A stretch of DNA of 42,961 nt from positions 1-42,961 of the forward strand of contig CAYHWM010000001.1 in NCBI GenBank assembly GCA_964359925.1, read 5' to 3'. The translations under genes were made by a program, and so were the position numbers. Positions within the stretch are counted from its first letter, which is position 1, and every line of letters begins with the position of its first letter. The notes below the pieces were generated by a model. The model was not told the origin of the DNA. It did not search any database and was given only the letters and a program-made list of their open reading frames with translations. Source of the stretch: an uncultured Methanosarcinales archaeon (lineage in GTDB: Archaea > Nanobdellota > Nanobdellia > Woesearchaeales > ARS49). This document shows, in pieces, positions 1 to 7,100 of the stretch.

Positions 1-633
1 TTTGTTGTCCTTTCCAAACATAACTGCTACATCATCAAATCCTGCAATGGACAGCAGTTTTGTTTCCTCTCTCGAAATGTTTCCATTTCTTACAAAGCAG
101 TCTCTCAATCCTCTGCTTAACAAACTCATATCAACATCATAACTATCTTGGTGTGAGAGTGCGTTCAAATCCCCAACGATAATATCGTTTTGCGAATCTC
201 TTAACAGGAGAATTATCTTTTCCAACTCACTCTTTCGTATTGCTGGATCGTTTGGGTCGAGGTGTGCAGTAACTACAGATAGACTGCCAAGAGATGAACG
301 ATACTCTGCAAGAAGCGCTGCGTGATGCATTCCTTCAACACAGTGCGAAGATAGTGGTAACTCCTTACTGAACAGCACGACATTATACCTCTTACCACTT
401 CCTCGTATTGTTCCCCTTCCTAATTCTCCGTATGCATACCCGAGTCGTTGCTGGACATCTTCAAAAATACTTTCTTCTCCGCGTTTATCATCATCTTCTT
501 TTTGTGGTCTATCAAGCCATCCATTACACTCTTGTAACGCTACGATGTCTGCGTCAACATCGCGAAGAACTCCCAAGATAGTTTCGATACGGTTTCCGCC
601 ACCTTCCCAAACATTCCACGAGATGAGTTTCAT
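1..633 (-). CDS. endonuclease/exonuclease/phosphatase (EEP) family protein, truncated by the window edge
   Basis: Not in the ORF track because it runs off the window. The reverse-strand ATG at 633-631 opens MKLISWNVWEGGGNRIETILGVLRDVDADIVALQECNG ... IIVGDLNALSH. The frame stays open for 211 codons to base 1. The N-terminal W-N-x-x-G / ALQE and GDLNA motifs are typical of the EEP fold. Confidence 0.7.
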   Translation of the reverse strand, partial: MKLISWNVWEGGGNRIETILGVLRDVDADIVALQECNGWLDRPQKEDDDKRGEESIFEDVQQRLGYAYGELGRGTIRGSGKRYNVVLFSKELPLSSHCVEGMHHAALLAEYRSSLGSLSVVTAHLDPNDPAIRKSELEKIILLLRDSQNDIIVGDLNALSHQDSYDVDMSLLSRGLRDCFVRNGNISREETKLLSIAGFDDVAVMFGKDNK

Positions 634-658
634 ACGCCCCCGCAATATTCTCCTCTAC

Positions 659-703
659 GGGGCAAGAGAGATGCGGCCCTAACGTGCTTATCTCTCTCAC
701 CCC
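659..703 (-). repeat. 14-bp-stem hairpin whose 3' arm copies the tRNA-Phe T-stem/acceptor 3' strand
   Basis: The minus strand reads GGGGTGAGAGAGAT-AAGCACGTTAGGGCCGC-ATCTCTCTTGCCCC. The 3' arm is identical to the tRNA-Phe 3' end (ATCTCTCTTGCCC) but ends in C rather than A. Confidence 0.6.
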
Positions 704-726
704 ATCTCCTCGTTGCACTCGTCGAT

Positions 727-771
727 GGGGCAAGAGATGCAGTCGCCTGCTGGCTTCTTATCTCTTGCTCC
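727..771 (-). repeat. 12-bp-stem hairpin (7+5 bp, tRNA-minihelix-like) whose 3' arm copies the tRNA-Phe 3' strand
   Basis: The minus strand reads GGAGCAAGAGAT-AAGAAGCCAGCAGGCGACTGC-ATCTCTTGCCCC followed by A. The arm layout mimics acceptor 5' + T-stem 5' / T-stem 3' + acceptor 3'. Confidence 0.6.
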
Positions 772-793
772 ATTCGTTCACTTCGTTCTCTCA

Positions 794-867
794 TTGGGCA
801 AGAGAGATTTGAACTCTCGACACCACGAGCTTCAGTCGTGCGCTCTCCCAGGCTGAGCTACTGCCCC
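794..867 (-). tRNA. tRNA-Phe (anticodon GAA)
   Basis: The minus strand is GGGGCAG-TA-GCTC-AGCCTGGGA-GAGC-G-CACGA-CTGAAGC-TCGTG-GTGTC-GAGAG-TTCAAAT-CTCTC-TTGCCCA-A. The cloverleaf is canonical except for a G1:A72 terminal mismatch. CCA is not encoded. Confidence 0.85.
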
Positions 868-890
868 GATAACTTTTGTTCTTGGTTATT

Positions 891-900
891 TCCTTTATAC
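891..900 (-). promoter_or_regulatory. TATA-box-like element for tRNA-Phe
   Basis: The minus strand reads GTATAAAGGA, centred about 28 nt upstream of the tRNA 5' end at 867. Confidence 0.4.
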
Positions 901-905
901 GAGGT

Positions 906-921
906 AGGCTGAGCTACCCCC
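906..921 (-). repeat. partial copy of the tRNA-Phe 5' end (acceptor plus D-arm)
   Basis: The minus strand GGGGGTAGCTCAGCCT compares with the tRNA 5' GGGGCAGTAGCTCAGCCT. The shared 12-mer is GTAGCTCAGCCT. It lies upstream of the tRNA TATA element. Confidence 0.45.
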
Positions 922-965
922 GTCAATAAGAAGTGTGAGCTGAGTGTTTTAAAGCGTTTCTCTTT

Positions 966-1487
966 TTATGAGTGAGAAAATAGTACCATTCGTACTCTAT
1001 CAGTCAAGTATGGCAAGATGAGTGAGAATGCGTACACTGCTCCGACGACGAGTGGTTCGTGAGAGAGTGGCAAGTCCATTAACACTGCGAGCTTGTTGGT
1101 GAGCGTCGTAACGACATACACGGTGACGAGAGCGACGACGGGGAGGAAGATCCATGCTATCACCCTACTACCTTTCGCTGAATCACTACCGCTCAACCCT
1201 TTCAATATTTTGAGAAACAAGTATCCAAATGATACTCCGAGGAGGAATACGAAACCCGAAGCTTCCCACGTCCTCATCACGAGCAAGAAAGGAATAAACA
1301 CGATACCGAACACGAAATTACCGATAAGAGCGAGAATGATAGCGATCCAGAACACGACGTTGTCAAACAATGGGTGCTCTGACTGTTCTTGAAACCTTTC
1401 GAACGCTTTCTCCACGTGGTCAACCTCTTTCTGAGACCAACCCTTTTTAGACATGCTTCTGGCTAACTCGCTGTTCATCTTCACCAC
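966..1487 (-). CDS. hypothetical multi-pass membrane protein
   Basis: 173-aa ORF with about 4 hydrophobic segments (FWIAIILALIGNFVFGIVFIPFLLV, GFVFLLGVSFGYLFL, WIFLPVVALVTVYVV, VVGAVYAFSLILPYL). It is the last gene of a tightly packed minus-strand operon. The start could instead be M12 at 1454 (8-nt overlap with the upstream gene). Confidence 0.6.
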   Translation of the reverse strand: MVKMNSELARSMSKKGWSQKEVDHVEKAFERFQEQSEHPLFDNVVFWIAIILALIGNFVFGIVFIPFLLVMRTWEASGFVFLLGVSFGYLFLKILKGLSGSDSAKGSRVIAWIFLPVVALVTVYVVTTLTNKLAVLMDLPLSHEPLVVGAVYAFSLILPYLTDRVRMVLFSHS

Positions 1488-1929
1488 AAACTCCGTGCAC
1501 GTGTGTTAAGTACCACGTCGTGCGCTGATAAAAACCACCAACTTTATCAATATCAACATTCACATCACCATCAGGAGAGTGAGCAATCATTGTCACGTGC
1601 CTACGAAACTCTCGAACTGCATCATACTGACACTTTTGTAATAATCGCAAAAACGTGAAAAAGTCAGTCATTTCTATAACGAAAGAATCATCAGCGTACA
1701 ACCTCCTCACGAGCTCAATCTTCAAACGAGGAATATCAGGAACAGCGTCCAACTTTTTCTCATCAACCTTCTTCTTCAACAACGCATCAAGCGACGCTTC
1801 CAAACACAACAACATCCTATTCAGAACATTCTTGATAACGTCAACAGTACGACTATACTTCAAACTCACGTACAACAAATGGTCAGCACGTCGCAATTCT
1901 TGCCTCGCATCCTCCAACGTTTCAATCAT
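1447..1929 (-). CDS. hypothetical conserved protein (helical)
   Basis: 160-aa ORF. Its ATG overlaps the NAC stop as ATGA (1926-1929). I recognise no family signature with confidence. Confidence 0.6.
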   Translation of the reverse strand: MIETLEDARQELRRADHLLYVSLKYSRTVDVIKNVLNRMLLCLEASLDALLKKKVDEKKLDAVPDIPRLKIELVRRLYADDSFVIEMTDFFTFLRLLQKCQYDAVREFRRHVTMIAHSPDGDVNVDIDKVGGFYQRTTWYLTHVHGVCGEDEQRVSQKHV

Positions 1930-2264
1930 GGGGTTTTAGACACCTTTACGATAGCACCAGCAAGATCTCCCCTCGACTCTTTCAAAGCACCCTCAGCTTC
2001 CTCTCTCGAACAACCAGAACTCTCTTGAACGGTCGCAATATCATCCTCGCTGACGGTGAAAGGAACTTCGATCCATGAAGAATTCCCCGTGATTTGGTAC
2101 GATTCTTCACCCATCATCACGACTTTCACAACGTGAGGATTTTGAATGACCAACATTTTTCCTTCCGAGTACACGACGACCTTCTCCGCAGGAATCTCTT
2201 CTTGTTTTACTCCCATCTTCTTCATCGCTTCCTGCACAGCCCTCGGATTCATACCAGGAATCAA
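1926..2264 (-). CDS. nac: nascent polypeptide-associated complex protein (archaeal NAC, NAC plus UBA domains)
   Basis: MIPGMNPRAVQEAMKKMGVKQEEIPAEKVVV...VIQNPHVVKVVMMGEESYQI matches the NAC domain. The C-terminal EDDIATVQESSGCSREEAEGALKESRGDLAGAI is UBA-like. Confidence 0.9.
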   Translation of the reverse strand: MIPGMNPRAVQEAMKKMGVKQEEIPAEKVVVYSEGKMLVIQNPHVVKVVMMGEESYQITGNSSWIEVPFTVSEDDIATVQESSGCSREEAEGALKESRGDLAGAIVKVSKTP

Positions 2265-2428
2265 AAGAGTCCACCACCAAACGCGTGCAATGCGAGAACG
2301 AGAACACCAATAACAACACCAGCAATAATGACGTGACCAGGCTTAACAACCCAAGAACCAGTATACGAGTCATAATACTGAGAAATACCAGCGGTACTGG
2401 AAGGCATACGAGTTTGTTCTTTCGCCAT
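2261..2428 (-). CDS. secG: preprotein translocase subunit Sec61-beta (SecG)
   Basis: MAKEQTRMPSSTAGISQYYD...VKPGHVIIAGVVIGVLVLAL has the conserved SxAGL/I-xxY motif plus a C-terminal TM anchor. The start is trimmed to the internal ATG at 2428. The stop overlaps the NAC start. Confidence 0.8.
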   Translation of the reverse strand: MAKEQTRMPSSTAGISQYYDSYTGSWVVKPGHVIIAGVVIGVLVLALHAFGGGLF

Positions 2429-2467
2429 AGTTAAAGTCACCCTGTTACAGGAAGGAAACACGACGAC

Positions 2468-2476
2468 ATTTAAATA
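2468..2476 (+). promoter_or_regulatory. TATA box (ATTTAAATA), possibly bidirectional
   Basis: It matches the archaeal TTTAWATA consensus. Its centre is about 27-30 nt upstream of the first base of the closing helix of the ncRNA at 2503. It is also about 40-48 nt upstream of the secG ATG on the other strand. Confidence 0.5.
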
Positions 2477-2502
2477 CCTTTCCTACGATTCTTCACGAAT
2501 AG

Positions 2503-2818
2503 TGGGTACGTGGAAAGCTCCTTCGATCGTGTCGGAATTTTATAACGATGCGTTTTGAGAGCAAATTCCAACGGACAGAGGAAAGAAAAGGACACTCATT
2601 GAACTTCTTTCCTCTGAATCCTCGACGAAGAACACATTGCGCTACGTCCCCGTAAGGGAAGGAGCCGAAAGCGTTCGGCTTTTCGCCAAACAAATTTTGT
2701 CGACAACCTCTCGCAGAAGCACAGCGAGTGCGAGATAAGGACGATAGTCCTGCACCCCGTGACGCGCCAGCGTCGAGACATAGGGGATTTCAACCTTATG
2801 GTGCTTTCCACGTACTCA
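2503..2818 (+). ncRNA. large structured ncRNA; weak candidate RNase P RNA (class not established)
   Basis: The ORF-poor gap has only short, mutually overlapping ORFs. A 16-bp closing helix pairs 2503-2518 with 2803-2818. There is a perfect 12-bp hairpin (2576-2587/2605-2616) and a 7-bp hairpin (2534-2540/2563-2569). A 9-bp helix (2622-2630/2695-2703) encloses a GUAA-capped hairpin (2649-2658) and a GCCGAA/UUCGGC hairpin (2664-2679). Further hairpins lie at 2709-2715/2729-2735, 2739-2750 and 2761-2774. An exact GAGGAAAG (CR-I-like) sits at 2578-2585. A possible P4 pairs AAUCCUC (2617-2623) with GGGGAUU (2783-2789), preceded by ACAUA. Confidence 0.5.
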
Positions 2819-2824
2819 GAAGCA

Positions 2825-2989
2825 GGCTCTGTCCTGAGAATCCTTTTTCTGCCTTATTGCGAGCACACCATATTCAATTGTTCAAGCGTTGCGGGGGGAA
2901 GCCCCATCCGGGGACGCAGCTTCCTTTGCTTTCTTGATGAGTGCGAGCGGGCAGAAAAAGGGCGAGCGAAGCGAGATTCAGGACAGAGT
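2825..2989. mobile_element. MITE-like inverted-repeat element with a 10-bp flanking direct repeat
   Basis: The terminal inverted repeats are 2825-2853 (GGCTCTGTCCTGAGAATCCTTTTTCTGCC) and 2950-2989. They pair as a perfect 12-bp helix (2842-2853/2950-2961) plus a roughly 17-bp helix (2824-2841/2975-2991). The element is flanked by identical CTCAGAAGCA at 2815-2824 and 2990-2999. It could alternatively be a long-hairpin RNA. Confidence 0.4.
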
Positions 2990-3032
2990 CTCAGAAGCAT
3001 TTTTAAACCTCGAAAGTGCTGGTAGTTCAAGA

Positions 3033-4130
3033 ATGAACCCCTCGTTAGTTCGGTATGCTAAGACGTTGCAGTCTCGTGGAGTTTCCAGAGCGGATGCTAA
3101 AACGTTGTTGGACAGGTATGGATATTCTTCTGATGACGTGAGTGATGCTCTTCGTGAAGCGTATGGGAGGAGTATGGTGTTGCCAGTCGTTCTTTTCTTG
3201 ATCGCTGTTGGAGCGTTAGGAGTGTGGTGGTTCGTTCAGGATGGGGGTTCTTCTCTTCAATCATCGTTAAGTATCGTTGTTGTTCCTCCTGCTGTTACTA
3301 CTGGTGTTCCTTTTAGTATTGAAAGTTCTGTGTCCGTTTCTGAGAGTGTTCAGGCAGTCATCAGTGCTTCAGTGATTGACTCGAAAGGAAAGTCTATATT
3401 TTCTGATAGTGATAGTAGGAAACTTTCTGGCAGTAGTAAGAAAACGTTCGCAGTTCCTCCGATAAAGAGTTCTGGATCGTACACCGTGACAGTAACGTTA
3501 GTAGCTGGAGGTCAAACGGTGAAGAAGCAGGGAGTTCTTCGCGTAGCTCAGAAAGTTCCAGACACAGGAGGCGATAGTGGTGGGAGTTCTCAGCCAGTAG
3601 TTCCTGTGCCTCCTGATGAAGTGAATGATGGTTCTTGTGGCGCGTGTGCTGCTCCTACTGCTTGGACGAGTGCTTCTTGCACTGATGGTTCATGCATCAT
3701 AACAGATATTGTTCCTTATTGTGGTAATTTCAAGTGTGAAGATACGTATGGAGAGACGAGCGTGAGCTGTTCTTCTGATTGTAGAGCTTCGACGGGGAAA
3801 AGTGATTCTGAGGTTCGTTCTGATGCAGTAACGTACGCGAGTACCCAACCTGATCGTGCTAAGGCGTTGTGTTCTACTCTTTCAATAGTGAAGAAGAATT
3901 CTTGTTTGTCTGAAGCTGCTGAAGTGTCTGGTGATGACTCGTTTTGTGATATTGTTTCGAACGAGAACGGAGCGCAGAGCGAGTGTTATCTCACATTAGT
4001 ATTGGACGAGCGGTACCGCCGTATTGACATCTGCTCGAAGATTCGTGATTTTGAAAGTCGTGATCAATGCGTTGCCCTCGCGAGCGTGATGCAAGTTCAA
4101 CAAGTGATGAATACTACTACACAGAAATAG
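3033..4130 (+). CDS. hypothetical single-pass membrane/surface protein with a Cys-rich C-terminal region
   Basis: The start is trimmed from the track's 2889 to the ATG at 3033 (MNPSLVRYAK...). A TTTTTAAAC TATA-like box lies at 3000-3009, about 25-30 nt upstream, and the upstream part overlaps the structured repeat. It has one TM (VLPVVLFLIAVGALGVWWFV), a Ser/Val-rich ectodomain and a CGxC...C...CGNFKCE...C..DC cysteine cluster. Confidence 0.65.
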   Translation: MNPSLVRYAKTLQSRGVSRADAKTLLDRYGYSSDDVSDALREAYGRSMVLPVVLFLIAVGALGVWWFVQDGGSSLQSSLSIVVVPPAVTTGVPFSIESSVSVSESVQAVISASVIDSKGKSIFSDSDSRKLSGSSKKTFAVPPIKSSGSYTVTVTLVAGGQTVKKQGVLRVAQKVPDTGGDSGGSSQPVVPVPPDEVNDGSCGACAAPTAWTSASCTDGSCIITDIVPYCGNFKCEDTYGETSVSCSSDCRASTGKSDSEVRSDAVTYASTQPDRAKALCSTLSIVKKNSCLSEAAEVSGDDSFCDIVSNENGAQSECYLTLVLDERYRRIDICSKIRDFESRDQCVALASVMQVQQVMNTTTQK

Positions 4131-4141
4131 GCAGAGAGAAA

Positions 4142-7100
4142 TTATATCCTCGATATGAACCCTCTTTTCGGTTCGAATAAGTCTCCTGTCCTTTTCAATT
4201 TTTGGATAATTTCTTCCGCGTCGCTTTTCGTTATTCCTTTCGCTTCAGCAGAAGAGATAATGTTCTCGAGTGGTATCACTTTTTGGAATGTTGCTTCGAG
4301 TTCTGCTACTATCTCTTTTACTTGGATGATGCGTGATCGTTGGCTCGCTGATACTCCGGTGGATAGTTTGTCGATATCTATCTTTCCTGTTTCTTCGTCC
4401 AACGCTACTTGTCGTAAGAAGTAGTCTACGAGTCGTACAGCAGTTTGCGCATCTTTTTTGAGTACTTTTTCTGAGAGTCGTAATTTCGCCGCAGCTTCAG
4501 AAAGTCGAACGAGTGCTTCTAATTGTCGAGCGCTGATAGGGACACTTTTGACTTTTCCCCCGCTACCGGAAGCTCTCATGGATAAATAGTATTGTTGTAT
4601 TTCAGCTATTGCCGCGTCAGTAAGTACGGGACGCACTCGTTGCCTACAATAAGTGATGTATTTTCTCAAGAGCGGAGTATCAATATCCCCTTGAGATTTT
4701 GATCCTTTCTGGTGCAGTGAAAGAATGAATGATGACGTCTTCTCATCTTTTTCTTTCTCTGGCAAGTCTTTAATGGGGAATATCAAGTCGAACCTGTTAA
4801 TGAGTGTTGGTGGCAAGTCTATCTGACTGCCGACGGGAGCGAAATTATCGAACCTCCCGTGCTTAGGGTTTGCGGCAGCAAGCACTGTTGTCTCGGCGCG
4901 AAGCGTTGCTTGAACGTTCGCTTTACTAATGGTGATAGTTTGACCCTCGAGAGCTTCATGCATTGCAGCAGTATCGTCCTTGCCCATTTTGTCAAGTTCA
5001 TCGATACAATTGTGCATGATGACATTATTTGCGATGAAATTATTTGTACCCTTCATAGTGAAATCATAAACGTACTCGATATCTTTTCGTTCGCGAAGAG
5101 ATACTATTTTGTCCCAGAGAACATGACTTTGAAAGTGTTGCTGAAGAACAAAATCGTCAAGAGACTTATTTAAAAGGGATAGCTTGTAGAGTGATGGTGC
5201 CGTTTTTTTCTTCGCGTATTGCCAGAAGTATTTAAATCGTGAAACACCAAGTTTTCCACGATAATGTTTGAGGAATGATTCAAAGAATTCTTGATGATTT
5301 GGTAAAATATTGAGACGATCTTTTTCTTCTTTTGTTGAAATAGTGTTGAATCTTTTTTTCTTCTCAGGATGTGAAGTACCAACGATATGGAAGAAGTCTT
5401 GAACACTCTGTACTCCTCGAATATCGCAGTGCCAACTTCTCGTTGACCGTTTCACAGAACTGATAATTCCAAGACGCAAGAATAATTCTTGAAACAATCG
5501 AGCATTTTCAAGTATTCCTGTCGTTATGGTGACTTCGTAAGGATTCTCTCGTATACTTCCATCGCCATCAAACACTCCTCGGAGAAAGGAAGCTATTGTT
5601 TTTGAAGAATACATCACTATTCTTTTGTCGAGTGCTTGAGTCATTGATTTTTCTCCATTAGGAATGCCGAAAGAGAGCACTTCGTTGACGAACCGTTTTG
5701 TAGAATTGTATGTGTAATAAAGAGGTTTTTTCGAGTGTACTGGTTTTCCATCAATAAACGAAACCCTCCCCGCTGGACGAAGAGATGTGCTATGAGTATG
5801 CCCTAACCCATCGAGAATCTTCTGGAATAGTTTGATGAGACTTTCGTCAGTATTATAGAATCCGGCTTTACCATGACGGTTATTCAATTGCACACTGCCA
5901 TCTGAAGCGAGAAGTCCTGCAATGTATGCAAATCGTTCATCATAAGTATCTTGTCCTTCCACCGGTAATGTTTTTGGAACCGCAACGTATTCTCCGACAC
6001 GTAATTGTTCTATGGGAGTCCATATTTGTTGGGATTGTTTGCACGTGAGCACTTCGTTTTCTTCAGTGAGTGCGAGTACTCTTCCTGTGCGCGTGATAAG
6101 TTCATATATCTTTTTGTCGTTCTTTTTACGAAATGCGCACTTGATAGAAAATGGTTCTATCTTTTTTGTGGCAGTATTAAGTGCGAATATTTTAAACGTG
6201 GGATAAACAATTGCTGATCGAGAATTGGCAAACAGGTTGTCAAACGTCATTTTTCTCCCATCTTCACAAAGGAATGAAGAATCTCCGGTCGTACAGCAAA
6301 CTCCCCTGCTCGCGAGAACCAACGCTCCTGCTTCTAAGCTCCAACCTCCGAGGAATTCGTCTTTGACGACGGACGCGGTGAGGCCTGCTCCTGATACTCC
6401 TTTACCTGAAATAAATCGTGCTTTCGGAGCGACTTTGCTGATACGCTTCAGGAGCTGAGAATTGTGAATCATGATCCCATTCGCTACAAAGTTGTGGATT
6501 TGATCTATTTCGAGATCGTAGACGTGCTCCTCCGATGATGGCTCTTCTTGTACACTCACTATCTTATCCCAGAAGATATCTGATGAGCTTGCTTGAGACA
6601 GTATGCTCACGAGAGGGTCTTGAGGAGCGAGAGCATTGTAAAACTCTGAAAGTTTTTTAAGCTTGTTTCGAGAGGGATTCCTGTCTCCTTTTTCATAATG
6701 TTGGCATGTTGATCGGAGTATAGGTAATGAGAATTGTGAGAGTGCATATTTTCTTCTGAGTGTGCTAAGAAGAGTTTTCATATGGGGTACAACGTTAATG
6801 TTCGTATTGTAAGACGTTCCACGACTCATAACTTTTTCGAGCGTTGCTTTCTTCTCTGGACTGGTAAAACCTATCTCTTGAGCATACCTTGCAACATTCT
6901 CCCCAGTGATTCGTAATCGGTAGTATGTTCTTTTTATTTTGAGTTTCGTATTCGTCGCACATTTTTGTGCAGAAGAAAGTTGAGAATATATTCCATAGCG
7001 GAGAAGAAGTATTCTGAGTTGTTCCGCGAGAAGTTTGCTTTTTGTGGAGAACTCTATTTCCCTTTTTGTTTTGACAACGTGCCCTTCACAATCATAGAGT

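Noticed and set aside
2578-2858. Alternative RNase P P4 pairing of AGAAAAGGA (2584-2592) with UCCUUUUUCU (2841-2850), flanked by GAGAA and GCCUUAU
   Set aside because: It resembles CR-I/CR-V, but the 3' strand lies outside the 16-bp closing helix and inside the MITE-like element. There it has a perfect 12-bp partner. Polypurine/polypyrimidine tracts also make chance complementarity likely.
2503-2999. SRP (7S) RNA assignment for the structured region
   Set aside because: I found no helix-8 signature (GNAR tetraloop flanked by the AGCA / AGG symmetric loop) on either strand. The first RNA also lacks the long continuous helix-5 rod. The closest candidate, GUCCCC-GUAA-GGGAAGGAGCC, does not fit the conserved loop sequences.
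2493-3025. Small ORFs on both strands (2493-2693, 2596-2811, 2728-2937, 2759-3025)
   Set aside because: They overlap one another in a region dominated by long-range base pairing. They have Arg/Ser/Cys-rich, protein-unlike composition. The region is better explained as RNA and repeat sequence.
2889-3032. N-terminal 48 codons of the track ORF 2889-4130 (MRGEAPSGDAASFAFLMSASGQKK...)
   Set aside because: This part lies entirely inside the inverted-repeat/hairpin element and has odd composition. An in-frame ATG at 3033 has a TATA-like box at leaderless distance and begins a sensible cytoplasmic head, TM and ectodomain protein.
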